This document shows, piece by piece, positions 37,593-46,375 of a DNA stretch of 64,000 bases. A program made the position numbers and the translations under genes. The stretch's first letter is position 1; every line of letters starts with the position of its first letter. The notes beneath the pieces were generated by a model. That model was not told where the DNA came from. It saw only the letters and a list, made by a program, of their open reading frames with translations, and did no database searches. This stretch comes from an uncultured Candidatus Saccharibacteria bacterium (GTDB lineage Bacteria > Patescibacteriota > Minisyncoccia > Phycocordibacterales > CAZTPW01): contig CAZTPW010000002.1 in NCBI GenBank assembly GCA_964615725.1, positions 5,656 to 69,655 of the forward strand, read 5' to 3'.

Positions 37593-37645
37593 TATTGGGT
37601 TAGGGTAGAGCACAACGCTCCGCCACAATCGAACTTCACAAATTT

Positions 37646-38236
37646 ATGAACACAGACCTGTCTAGGATACACACGTGGTACCTGATTCGTCTGCTGTTTA
37701 TGCGGGCGAATTTTCAATACCATTCCGGCGGTATTTCAGGCAACCGTCATCCAAACAGTCTTCTCCTTGAGGGGACGTGGCTTCTCCAGTTTCCCTATGA
37801 TGGGGGACAATTTCAGAATGTTGGTGATGATGAGTTCATTGCCGAGCTTGCCACCCGCGAGCCATTTGGAGGTTACTCGACCACCATCTCAAACATGCGG
37901 CCATTATCGGAATTTGACATGGTCCAGGTCACCGCACTTATGGCCTGGGTAATGCAGGATTTCCATACCCGCCTTGAAGGATTCACTCAGGCGCGAAAGG
38001 CGATTAATGCGATCGCGGCTTTCTTTCAGAGGGGAATTCCACCCACCTCTGGACTCTACCGTCGCTTCTGGAATTCAGATTGGGCGCAGTACTACTTTCA
38101 CTCACCGGGGGTTGATAAGAGGGAACGCTCGCACGGTCAGGTGAATGCCATCGTCCTAAGCATCAAAGGTCGTCGCAGAATGATTATTGATGTGAGTGGG
38201 TGCAGCAGGCCTGCTCCTGATGATGAGGTGGTCTAG
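37646..38236 (+). CDS. hypothetical protein
   Basis: 196-aa ORF, ~52% GC. Terminator follows. Confidence 0.5.
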   Translation: MNTDLSRIHTWYLIRLLFMRANFQYHSGGISGNRHPNSLLLEGTWLLQFPYDGGQFQNVGDDEFIAELATREPFGGYSTTISNMRPLSEFDMVQVTALMAWVMQDFHTRLEGFTQARKAINAIAAFFQRGIPPTSGLYRRFWNSDWAQYYFHSPGVDKRERSHGQVNAIVLSIKGRRRMIIDVSGCSRPAPDDEVV

Positions 38237-38262
38237 AGCGTTCTTTGGGTTTGTTTGGTGCG

Positions 38263-38295
38263 AAGCCACCGTCTGCGCGGTGGCTTTTCTTTTTG
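38263..38295 (+). terminator. rho-independent terminator
   Basis: aagccaccg-tctgcg-cggtggctt followed by ttctttttg. Confidence 0.75.
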
Positions 38296-38353
38296 ATGAA
38301 AAAGTGATAGTGTAGCAGTACGTTTTTTCACAATCCAATTGGTGGAAATATAT

Positions 38354-38424
38354 TGCCGGATCGTCTAAAGGTAGGACACCGCTCTCTGAAAGCGGTAATT
38401 TTGGTTCGATTCCAAGTCCGGCAG
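38354..38424 (+). tRNA. tRNA-Gln, anticodon CUG
   Basis: U1-A72 acceptor (TGCCGGA/TCCGGCA) typical of bacterial tRNA-Gln. D-arm GTCT-AAAGGTA-GGAC. Anticodon stem CCGCT/AGCGG with loop CTCTGAA. T-arm TTTGG-TTCGATT-CCAAG. Discriminator G. Confidence 0.8.
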
Positions 38425-38603
38425 CACGAAGCTCGTTGAAACGAGCGAGTTCGCAGGAAGCTTTATGCTTGAGCATAAAGCGGCTTGGAATCGAACGCCG
38501 GAGCGATGTCGAGCTAGTAAGCGAGACCGCGAGGCGGTGCCCAGCCCTCACTGAGCGTCGGCGAGGTGAGAGGCGAGGGCGATTCCAATTCTCACGAAAA
38601 TAT

Positions 38604-39113
38604 ATGGATACACTCTCAGAAAAAATATTAAATAGACGTATGGTTAAGCTTTTTATCAGATCATGTTTTGAATCGATGGAAATTCTTTCTAAACATCAAT
38701 CTAGTGCCAGTTACCATCTTCCTTACTATTACTTAGCACAAGCTATTCTTGAGTTGTGTCCAAAATTAATTCTTATATCAAAGTTAGAAGGTGAAGGTTT
38801 GTCTGGTGATAATATTAAAAAAGAATTAATGAAGTATGGACATGATCTTGAAAAACTCTTTTCAAATGTGGATATTAAATCAAAATATAATCAAGTTGGT
38901 GGTATAAAAGTTACTAAAGTTACCGAGGAGAATAAAAATTTTTATTACGAATTTGAGACGTTTTCCCCCAAAAAAAAGATTATGATCTATGATTCAGAAT
39001 CTCTTAAATACGGGCTTCTTTCAAACAAGGTTAATATCAGTTACGTTGGTTATCAGTTTAATGATCTTCTTGAACTCTGTAGTATGGTAAGCGATGCTTC
39101 TTTTATTAAATAA
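38604..39113 (+). CDS. hypothetical protein (AT-rich, foreign-looking)
   Basis: Start trimmed to the ATG at 38604 (MDTLSEKIL...). The ORF-track N-terminal extension from 38436 runs through the GC-rich spacer and abuts the tRNA. 169 aa, no confident domain. Confidence 0.5.
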   Translation: MDTLSEKILNRRMVKLFIRSCFESMEILSKHQSSASYHLPYYYLAQAILELCPKLILISKLEGEGLSGDNIKKELMKYGHDLEKLFSNVDIKSKYNQVGGIKVTKVTEENKNFYYEFETFSPKKKIMIYDSESLKYGLLSNKVNISYVGYQFNDLLELCSMVSDASFIK

Positions 39114-39118
39114 TCTAC

Positions 39119-39469
39119 ATGCTTAAAGAAAACCTCTACGCAACAAGTTTCTCAAAAGTGTACCCATACTATATTGCCAAAGCAGAAAGGAAAGGTCGTA
39201 CCAAGGCAGAAGTTGACCAGATTATTTGTTGGCTCACCGGCTACACGCACAAGCAATTTGAAAAGCACTTGGAGAAGGGTACCGATTTCAAGACCTTCTA
39301 TCTCAAAGCCACAAAACCCAACCCTAAAAGGAAGCTCATTAAAGGTGTAGTCTGTGGCGTTCGCATCGAAGAAATCACCGACCGAGTGATGCGCGAAATC
39401 CGCTATCTCGACAAACTCATTGACGAACTTGCAAAAGGGAAGAAGATGGAGGCTATCCTGCGCGCGTAG
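39119..39469 (+). CDS. DUF2200 family protein
   Basis: 116 aa. The N-terminal sequence [32 protein letters not shown] matches the conserved DUF2200 core. Confidence 0.65.
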   Translation: MLKENLYATSFSKVYPYYIAKAERKGRTKAEVDQIICWLTGYTHKQFEKHLEKGTDFKTFYLKATKPNPKRKLIKGVVCGVRIEEITDRVMREIRYLDKLIDELAKGKKMEAILRA

Positions 39470-39523
39470 CCGCCTTGTATAATAGGGTTATCCGTAGCAA
39501 GATATGCTTTCAAAATCATTACT

Positions 39524-40195
39524 ATGAAAAATCGATACAACAACCTATTAAGTAAGTATAATAAGAAAATCTTAGCGCTTTGCCCCTATAACCCTTTTTT
39601 GTTTACTCTTAACGCGTTAGAGATTCAGAAGATTCATCACCCAACCATGAGAATACTTGAGGTTGGTTCTGGTGAAGGTGATTCAGCATTACCAATTCTA
39701 CAGACCACCACTGCAAAGCTCGATCTCCTCGATGTTTCAGAAGAGATGATTGCAACTTCAAAAAACACACTTCAGTCTTATAAAGAAAGGGTCAATTTTA
39801 TATGCGAAGATGCCCTTATTTATTTAAAAAAGGCAGATCCTTATGATCTGATCTATTCGGCTTGGACAATTCATAATTTTCCTCAGAAAGATAAGAAGGT
39901 TCTCCTCCAGGAAATGTATTCAAATTTAAAGTCAGGTGGCACCCTTATGATTTTGGACAAGGTGTATCAGGATAATAATCGTGAAGATTTTTTGCAGCGA
40001 CAAAATAATCGATATAAAAATTACCTCGATAAGGAACTTGCCAATGCGATTATTGAGCACGAGATCGAAGATGCTACAGATGAATATAGACTTGATGAAA
40101 CATCTTTTTCCACACTTCTCAAATCTATTGGCTTTCGAAGTGTCGATAGTATCGATCGAATTGAAAGAGATTGTTTGATACGAGCAGTCAAGTAA
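39524..40195 (+). CDS. class I SAM-dependent methyltransferase (AT-rich)
   Basis: Motif I ILEVGSGEGDSA. Motif post-I LDLLDVSEEM. 223 aa, ~33% GC. Confidence 0.7.
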   Translation: MKNRYNNLLSKYNKKILALCPYNPFLFTLNALEIQKIHHPTMRILEVGSGEGDSALPILQTTTAKLDLLDVSEEMIATSKNTLQSYKERVNFICEDALIYLKKADPYDLIYSAWTIHNFPQKDKKVLLQEMYSNLKSGGTLMILDKVYQDNNREDFLQRQNNRYKNYLDKELANAIIEHEIEDATDEYRLDETSFSTLLKSIGFRSVDSIDRIERDCLIRAVK

Positions 40196-40210
40196 CCTTA
40201 TTAAAAAACC

Positions 40211-40609
40211 ATGATCCACATACGCTACAAACTCAACATATCACCTCACCACGGAATCGGTCTCTTTGCAGATGAAGATCTCAAAGCTGGTCAACTCGTC
40301 TATACAGCAAGTCCTCTCCTTGATGTAAATATCACAGAGGAGCAATTTGCGTCACTTCACGAAAAAGAAAAGGAAGAAATTCGTTGGTGGGGTTTTAAAA
40401 TTGAAGACAAAGGAGTTTGGCATGTCGATTTTGATGTATCAAAATTCATTAATCACTCATACACACCAACACTCACGCAAAGTCCGGACCATACTGATGC
40501 ATATCTTGTTACAACACGTGAGGTGAAAAGTGGGGAAGAACTCACGCAAAATTATTTAGAATTCGAATCTCCTGAAGATTTGAAGCGTAGAGGCATACCA
40601 GTCAAGTAA
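40211..40609 (+). CDS. SET domain-containing protein (putative protein-lysine methyltransferase)
   Basis: 132 aa with SET signatures: an NHS[CY]xPN-like INHSYTPTL and a C-terminal GEELTQNY (compare GEELtfdY). Confidence 0.6.
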   Translation: MIHIRYKLNISPHHGIGLFADEDLKAGQLVYTASPLLDVNITEEQFASLHEKEKEEIRWWGFKIEDKGVWHVDFDVSKFINHSYTPTLTQSPDHTDAYLVTTREVKSGEELTQNYLEFESPEDLKRRGIPVK

Positions 40610-40645
40610 CACATCGCACCACCTCTCCCATGCTAAAATAAACCC

Positions 40646-41218
40646 ATGAAAGAAACGATTGCAATCATTGCGGCGGTTCTTGCTTTTATCGGCAATATTT
40701 CCTACCTCATTGATAGTGTGAAGGGTAGAATACAACCTCACCCGTATACATGGTTTATTTGGTCTATTGTTTCGATGACCACTTTTTTCGGTGGCTTGAT
40801 GAAGGGTGCTGGTATTGGTGCGCTTCCCACAGGCGTTGCCGAAATGTTTACCGTCATGATCTTTTTCTTTTCACTCAAAAATCTCTTCAAAAAAAGCGCT
40901 GGCCCTATCCGCAAAGTTGACCATTATTATCTCGCAGCCTGCCTCCTCGGCCTCGTGCCTTGGGTAATGACCAAAGACCCAACTGTATCAGTCGTGATCG
41001 TTGTCTTGATTGATATCGTCGCTTTCATTCCAACACTTCGCAAGACATGGGCAAACCCACACACCGAAAAGCCAACGCTCTATCAGATGAATGTTTTGCG
41101 TCACATCATGACGTTGTTCTCACTGCAAACCTACAACATTGCCACCACCATTCACTCAATTGCTATGATTTGCACAAATACTCTCATGACCTTTTTTATC
41201 AACCGAAAACGAGTATAA
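40646..41218 (+). CDS. hypothetical polytopic membrane protein
   Basis: 190 aa with ~5 hydrophobic helices. Confidence 0.5.
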   Translation: MKETIAIIAAVLAFIGNISYLIDSVKGRIQPHPYTWFIWSIVSMTTFFGGLMKGAGIGALPTGVAEMFTVMIFFFSLKNLFKKSAGPIRKVDHYYLAACLLGLVPWVMTKDPTVSVVIVVLIDIVAFIPTLRKTWANPHTEKPTLYQMNVLRHIMTLFSLQTYNIATTIHSIAMICTNTLMTFFINRKRV

Positions 41219-41227
41219 TGCTGATCT

Positions 41228-41758
41228 ATGAACTCACCACACCCAAAACAATTTCTCGTGATTATTGAAGGGCCAATGGGAGCCGGGAAGACTACGATCG
41301 GCAATTTTTTACGAAAAGACCTCAAACGCACCGCGATCCTCAGTACTGACATGATTAAGTATTTTCTCACTGATTTTGAACGAGGGGAGAGGGACAATGC
41401 AATCACAGCCGCCGTCCTTTTGAGTATGTGTCGAGAGTATGCAAGGCAGGGAATCAATATCGTACTTGCACAAGGTTTTTGGAACAAAGAATTCGTTGTG
41501 CCATACAAAAAACTCGCTGAAGAATATGGTATGAAATTTTTTGGGTATGAGCTCGAAGCACCAAAAGAATTTCTGATGGAGCGTGTAAAGAATCGACCCC
41601 GATCTGAATTTGCCAAAACACCTCTTACTGATGAAATCATCTTGCGGAACCTCAAGAACTGGGAAGATAATCGATATCACCTCGGCAAAGTTTTTGATGT
41701 TACAAAGATGAACTCTGAGGAGATTGCCAAGGTTATTCTTAAAGACCTCACATCATAA
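41228..41758 (+). CDS. P-loop NTPase/kinase (AAA_33 / chloramphenicol-phosphotransferase-like or zeta-toxin-like fold)
   Basis: Walker A IIEGPMGAGKTTIG near the N-terminus. 176 aa, the size of small-molecule/nucleotide kinases. Confidence 0.6.
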   Translation: MNSPHPKQFLVIIEGPMGAGKTTIGNFLRKDLKRTAILSTDMIKYFLTDFERGERDNAITAAVLLSMCREYARQGINIVLAQGFWNKEFVVPYKKLAEEYGMKFFGYELEAPKEFLMERVKNRPRSEFAKTPLTDEIILRNLKNWEDNRYHLGKVFDVTKMNSEEIAKVILKDLTS

Positions 41759-41760
41759 CC

Positions 41761-42132
41761 ATGAAAGCCCCGCATTCAATCCAAGACTATATCAGGCTCT
41801 ACCCGGTTGCCACTCAGAAAAAGTTGCGTGAACTTCGAGCTACGATCAAAAAGGTTGCACCGAAAAGTGTCGAATCAATCGCTTACGGTATGCCATCATT
41901 TAAACAGCATAAATATCTTGTGCATTTTGCTGCGTATAACAATCACATCGGATTCTACCCAACACCTTCCGCGATTAAGGTCTTTGCCAAAGAGCTATCA
42001 CGCTATGTAACATCAAAAGGGGCTGTGCAGTTTCCCCTCGATGAGAAGCTTCCGCTCGGGCTGATCAAGCGAATTGTGAAATATCGGGTTGGGGAGGATC
42101 TTGTGCAAGCTAAAAAACAAGAAAAACACTAG
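41761..42132 (+). CDS. DUF1801 (YdhG-like) domain protein
   Basis: 123 aa with the characteristic AYGMPSF...LVHFAAYNNHIGFYP core. Confidence 0.6.
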   Translation: MKAPHSIQDYIRLYPVATQKKLRELRATIKKVAPKSVESIAYGMPSFKQHKYLVHFAAYNNHIGFYPTPSAIKVFAKELSRYVTSKGAVQFPLDEKLPLGLIKRIVKYRVGEDLVQAKKQEKH

Positions 42133-42246
42133 GGTTTTTATATTGACAAAAATATAAAAATGTGCTAGGGTCTTTAGCAGCATGCTTACCCTCTAAGGTT
42201 TCTTGGTAGGGAGAAATAGGCATAAAACCGCACACTCAAAACCCTT

Positions 42247-43053
42247 ATGAAAAAGTTGTTTGCTGGGATCATCCTGGCTTTTCTCCTCTCGAATTCACTC
42301 ACTGCTCAGACCAACACCAACAGTCCGTTGAGTTACAACGCCGGTGTCATCTTGATGAGCAAATACTACGGGACGATTTTTGGGGGGACGTTTTACAACG
42401 GCCCCATGTCCTTCTGGGATGCCAACGCGGTGTACAAAAATCGCTTTGGTGATTTCACTGCCACAATCATGGCGGGGCAAAAGCTTGACCGCCTGAATAC
42501 CTACAACGTTGACGGCGGCACCGAGTACGATGCCGGCTTCGACCAGACCTTCACGTTCGGTGGGCCGAAATACCCAATCAAGCTCGACGTCGGCTGCTTG
42601 TATCTTTTTGTCACCGACCTCGGCAAGACTCACGACGACTTCTTTGACGAGACCATTCGCATCGACTTTCCCATTCGCGCTGATCGCAAGGATGGTCCGC
42701 TGGTCCAACCCTACTATCAGATTTTCCATTACCACTATGTGGGGGATGGACTGAAAGATGGGGGATGGATTAGCTACGCCGGACTCATCCGCGACCAGAA
42801 GCTCGGTCTCCATTTGTTTGGTAACGAGCTGAAGCTTCGCTTCGACTATCGCATGGGCATCAACCTCGGTGTCCTTGGAAGTAAACCGGGGATTGAATAC
42901 CATCGCTGGTCTTTGTCACTACCGATCACCAAGGGGAAATGGACATTCACCCCCGAGGTGCTCGCTCAGATACCGGGCGGTCGAAATCAAACTTGGGTGA
43001 CCGAGAAGAACGAAAACTTCTACGGGAACCTGAGCATTCGCTACAACTTTTGA
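42247..43053 (+). CDS. outer-membrane-protein-like beta-barrel protein (GC-rich, likely foreign)
   Basis: Signal peptide MKKLFAGIILAFLLSNSLTAQ. Alternating amphipathic beta-strand pattern. C-terminal ...LSIRYNF (aromatic-x-Phe beta-signal). ~57% GC versus ~46% background. Upstream TTGACA-N17-TAGGGT promoter-like element. Confidence 0.6.
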   Translation: MKKLFAGIILAFLLSNSLTAQTNTNSPLSYNAGVILMSKYYGTIFGGTFYNGPMSFWDANAVYKNRFGDFTATIMAGQKLDRLNTYNVDGGTEYDAGFDQTFTFGGPKYPIKLDVGCLYLFVTDLGKTHDDFFDETIRIDFPIRADRKDGPLVQPYYQIFHYHYVGDGLKDGGWISYAGLIRDQKLGLHLFGNELKLRFDYRMGINLGVLGSKPGIEYHRWSLSLPITKGKWTFTPEVLAQIPGGRNQTWVTEKNENFYGNLSIRYNF

Positions 43054-43073
43054 TAGCCCACATCTCGTGGGTT

Positions 43074-43099
43074 GCCACTCCGAAAGGGGTGGCTTTTTT
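43074..43099 (+). terminator. rho-independent terminator
   Basis: gccactcc-gaaa-ggggtggc followed by tttttt. Confidence 0.75.
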
Positions 43100-43157
43100 C
43101 ATTATCCTGTTACATTTTTGCTATACTATCTGTATAACACCTATCATCAACACAACT

Positions 43158-43832
43158 ATGAATACCAAAACTCTTTATATTGGCGGAGGAATTATTGTCT
43201 TATCGATTTTAGTTTCTTTGACACTTTTCATTAGTGCCCGAGATTTCTCAAAGCAGGGCTCGTATATTGAAGTGAAAGGTCTTTCAGAGAAAATCGTGAA
43301 AGCAGACAATGCGATTTGGTCATTAGGTTTTGAAACAAAATCAAATGATATCGACAGTCACTATGCAGATATCGATCGAAATATTAAAGCGGTCAAAGCT
43401 TTTCTCACCGAAAAAGGTTTCGATGAGTCAGAAATAAATGTCGCTCCTGTAAACATTTATCAGGACACCTACAAAGACGCAGCATTTCGATACAATTCAT
43501 CGAGCCAGATTTCGGTCTATACAAAGAAAGTTGATCTCGCCAAAACCGCATCGAATTCAACACTACTCTTGGTCAAAAAGGGCGTCGCCTTGAATCAGAA
43601 CTACATCTCATTCGAGATTTCGGATCTCAACAGTATTAAACCGGAAATGCTCGCTGAGGCTATCAAGAATGCCCGAGACACAGCATCGCAGTTTGCTTCA
43701 AGCTCGGGATCGACTGTCGGGGAAGTTGCTCGTGGCAATCAAGGGGTTTTTGAAATAACCAACAAAGATCCAGGATCACCCGAATACAAAAAGGTTCGAC
43801 TCGTTTCGACCCTCAGATTCCTTATTCAATAA
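43158..43832 (+). CDS. SIMPL (DUF541) domain protein, membrane-anchored
   Basis: Start trimmed to the ATG at 43158 (MNTKTLYIGGGIIVLSILVSL...). The periplasmic SIMPL-like domain is YIEVKGLSEKIVKADNAIWSLGFE... The ORF-track 5' extension overlaps the upstream terminator. Confidence 0.6.
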   Translation: MNTKTLYIGGGIIVLSILVSLTLFISARDFSKQGSYIEVKGLSEKIVKADNAIWSLGFETKSNDIDSHYADIDRNIKAVKAFLTEKGFDESEINVAPVNIYQDTYKDAAFRYNSSSQISVYTKKVDLAKTASNSTLLLVKKGVALNQNYISFEISDLNSIKPEMLAEAIKNARDTASQFASSSGSTVGEVARGNQGVFEITNKDPGSPEYKKVRLVSTLRFLIQ

Positions 43833-43861
43833 AGCATCAAAATATTTTTTAAAAAACAACA

Positions 43862-44275
43862 ATGGCAAAACTTAATCCATTCATTCGGTTTAATGGCGGA
43901 AAATGCGCAGAGGCGATGAACTTCTACAAAGGTATTATTGGCGGCGAGCTTTATTTCATGCCCGTCAAAGGGAGTGTAATGGAGAAAGACATGCCGGCAG
44001 ACAAGCAGGATTTGATCATGCATTCTTCTCTTACAAAAGATACTTGGACGCTTATCGGCTCTGATATGATGCGAGACACTGCAACAATCGGCGACCATAT
44101 GGGTGTGGCATACGAGGCAGAGACTGTAGAGGAAGGGCAGGGGGTGTTTGCAAAACTCTCAGAAGGTGGAGAAATCTTTATGCCCTTCGAGAAGCAGTTC
44201 TGGGGTACAATGTTTGGTCTTGTGACTGACAAGTATGGGGTAGAGTGGATGGTGACGTGTATTAAAACAATCTAA
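43862..44275 (+). CDS. VOC-family (PhnB-like) protein, paralog of 6260..6685
   Basis: LNPFIRFNGGKCAEAMNFYKGIIGGEL ... YGVEWMV; the same fold signature as the earlier gene. Confidence 0.7.
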   Translation: MAKLNPFIRFNGGKCAEAMNFYKGIIGGELYFMPVKGSVMEKDMPADKQDLIMHSSLTKDTWTLIGSDMMRDTATIGDHMGVAYEAETVEEGQGVFAKLSEGGEIFMPFEKQFWGTMFGLVTDKYGVEWMVTCIKTI

Positions 44276-44293
44276 CCTCGGTACTTTAGCTTC

Positions 44294-44854
44294 TTGAGCA
44301 TGAAGATTTCTATTGTTCGACACGGTGAAACTGACTTAAACAGAGCAAAAAGACTCATGGGGCAGCGTATAGATGAACCTTTGAATGAGGAGGGTATACG
44401 ACAGGCTGAGAGTCTTGCCCTGAATATTAATGATCACGAATTTGATCTCATCCTAACCTCTCCATTACAAAGGGCATATCAAACGGCTACAATCATCTCT
44501 CAAAAAACCCGCACACCAGTCATTAAAAAACAGGATCTCATTGAACGTGACTTCGGAAGTCTTACAGGAAAGACTTGGGAAGAAATGGATCAGCAAGTCT
44601 CCGCAGATGCAATCGACTTTAAGAAAACTGACCTCGATCAAAAATATGACTATCGTCCTTATGGTGGCGAATGTATTGACGATGTGAAGAAGAGATTCTC
44701 GAACTTCATTAAAGAAATAAAGAAGGATTACTCAGATAAGCGAGTTCTCGTAATTGCCCACGGTGGAATTATAAAAGTAGCGAATCTTGTTTTAAAAACA
44801 GAAATACTTGATCAAACCCCAGATAATATGACAGTTCATGAGTTTGAGATTTAG
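44294..44854 (+). CDS. histidine phosphatase family protein (phosphoglycerate-mutase-like)
   Basis: RHG catalytic motif at the N-terminus (ISIVRHGETDLN). 186 aa. Confidence 0.8.
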   Translation: MSMKISIVRHGETDLNRAKRLMGQRIDEPLNEEGIRQAESLALNINDHEFDLILTSPLQRAYQTATIISQKTRTPVIKKQDLIERDFGSLTGKTWEEMDQQVSADAIDFKKTDLDQKYDYRPYGGECIDDVKKRFSNFIKEIKKDYSDKRVLVIAHGGIIKVANLVLKTEILDQTPDNMTVHEFEI

Positions 44855-44877
44855 GTAACCATCATTTCAATAAAAAA

Positions 44878-44902
44878 GAGATCGAACAACATTCGATCTC
44901 TT
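44878..44902. terminator. bidirectional terminator between convergent genes
   Basis: gagatcgaa-caaca-ttcgatctc hairpin flanked by an A-run upstream and a T-rich tract downstream. Serves the plus-strand phosphatase gene and the minus-strand MFS gene. Confidence 0.7.
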
Positions 44903-44917
44903 GTGAGTTTATCAATC

Positions 44918-46093
44918 CTATTTTTTCCAAACGATCAGCGCACCTAGGATGAGTGCCGCGCCAGAGAAGATCCACGCAGTACTGATGCTTGTAGATTCCG
45001 CGAGTGCTCCACTTATGAGGAGGCCGAGCGCGCCACCGATATGTGGAGCGATGGAGCAGAACGACGATATGGTGGCGCGCTCATGCGACGGAATCCGATC
45101 GTGCAAGTAACTTGTTATAAGTGGCCCCCAACATCCTCTTCCAGCCTCATGAAGCAAAAAGAATGTCAGTGCCCACCCAAAGCTCGGAGCCAGCGCCGAA
45201 GCAATGACTGTTGCACCAACGTAGCACTGCACCGAAATGATCCATCCACGCTCTTTACCATGGCTTTTCACACGAGCAATGAAGACGTTTCCAAGAGCGA
45301 GCGCTGCCATCATAGTGACAAAGACATACCCGTAATGAACCTCCTTCACGCCATGGCTTTTGAAAAATGGTTGCCAGAACATGTTGAGTGCCATTACTGA
45401 GTAGATTTGAATTCCGCTGATGATGAGGATGAAGCGCACTGCCTTGTCATGAATTGCATAATGAATACTCGAGGTGGCAATCGCTTTCATTGCATGCCAT
45501 CCATTGTTCCAAGAGACATCTTGTTTTTTGAAGTATTCTTCTCGCATGACTGACCATGCAATACATGCGGTGGTTATCATTACAAACCCCGCAATGATCC
45601 ACGGCAGAGAAAGGCTCACTGCCATCAGGTAGGAACCCGAGACAGCACCAATTCCGCTCCCGATTTTGCAGATCAATGCATTTTTGGCGAAGATCGGTTT
45701 GAGATCTCCGTCGTGACCGTGGTGTTTCATACTGTCTACGAACCAAGCCTGGAAGGCTCCACTCATAAACGTACAGCCAATCCCGCCAATTACTTCAGCG
45801 AGGATGAAGCCATAGAAACTCGATGAGAGTCCATAGACAAACATACTCACCGCCAGGATCGCACACGAGATCACGAAGGACTTCTTCCTTCCGAATAGGT
45901 CTGCGAAAGCTCCTGTTGGTATTTCACAGACGAAGAGGGTAAGGAAGAAAGTGGCATTGACCACGTTGATCTGAAAGAGGTTGAGGCCGCTTTTCATGAG
46001 GTAGGTGGAGTAGATTGCCGCGATGAGGTCCATACCTGCCGCACTGAAGAGGAAGGAAAGGAGCATATACTGACGAACGATTCGTTTCTGCAT
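44918..46093 (-). CDS. MFS transporter
   Basis: 391 aa, ~12 TM helices. MFS signature around GRKKSFVISCAILAVS. Confidence 0.8.
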   Translation of the reverse strand: MQKRIVRQYMLLSFLFSAAGMDLIAAIYSTYLMKSGLNLFQINVVNATFFLTLFVCEIPTGAFADLFGRKKSFVISCAILAVSMFVYGLSSSFYGFILAEVIGGIGCTFMSGAFQAWFVDSMKHHGHDGDLKPIFAKNALICKIGSGIGAVSGSYLMAVSLSLPWIIAGFVMITTACIAWSVMREEYFKKQDVSWNNGWHAMKAIATSSIHYAIHDKAVRFILIISGIQIYSVMALNMFWQPFFKSHGVKEVHYGYVFVTMMAALALGNVFIARVKSHGKERGWIISVQCYVGATVIASALAPSFGWALTFFLLHEAGRGCWGPLITSYLHDRIPSHERATISSFCSIAPHIGGALGLLISGALAESTSISTAWIFSGAALILGALIVWKK

Positions 46094-46150
46094 AGGAGTA
46101 GTATTGATTTGTTAAGGAACTATTTCCCTGGACGAGGGAATGAGGAAAAG

Positions 46151-46375
46151 AAAAATCCCGACTTTCGTCCAGTCGGGATTTTTCTTCAAAGAATAGATGA
46201 TAGGAAATTAACCCTTCATAGAACAAGAACAATCACGACTAGGCGCAAGATACGCACATGGTGTATACGCAGAAAGAGATCCCTGAACGATAGTTCGGGC
46301 CTTTTTCCAGATATGCGTGATGTTCTTTGTGTTGTTCACGTGTAAAATAATAGCTTATTTGAGCCATTCTGTCAA
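46151..46375 (-). promoter_or_regulatory. long 5' leader of the MFS gene: strong sigma70 promoter plus intrinsic terminator (attenuator/riboswitch candidate)
   Basis: On the minus strand: TTGACA (complement of 46370-46375), a 17-nt spacer and TATTAT (46347-46352). About 150 nt downstream lies AAAAATCCCGACT-GGACGAAAG-TCGGGATTTTTCTTTT (46151-46186), a perfect intrinsic terminator ~60 nt before the MFS ATG. A second hairpin is at 46292-46320. Tiny ORFs MCVSCA* and MKG* lie in the leader. Confidence 0.5.

Larger units (their letters stand above)
38425..40200 (+). mobile_element. putative horizontally acquired AT-rich gene block inserted 3' of tRNA-Gln (no integrase seen)
   Basis: Genes 38604..39113 and 39524..40195 are ~31-33% GC against ~46% background and start directly downstream of tRNA-Gln. 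A GC-rich 170-bp spacer (38425-38600) carries an inverted 13-nt copy of the tRNA T-arm (cttggaatcgaac). Confidence 0.35.

Noticed and set aside
38156-38551. 131-aa minus-strand ORF
   Set aside because: It overlaps tRNA-Gln and the terminator; spurious.
38425-38600. Second tRNA on the minus strand suggested by the TTCGATTCCAAG match
   Set aside because: Only a 13-nt inverted match to the tRNA-Gln T-arm. No complementary T-stem or acceptor stem.
42295-42903. 202-aa minus-strand ORF antisense to the OMP-like gene (also 12726..13304 antisense in pilT, 56898..57416 antisense in the TPM gene, 53765..54109, 28025..28246 and similar)
   Set aside because: Antisense ORFs inside well-supported genes. 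GC-rich or low-complexity artefacts.
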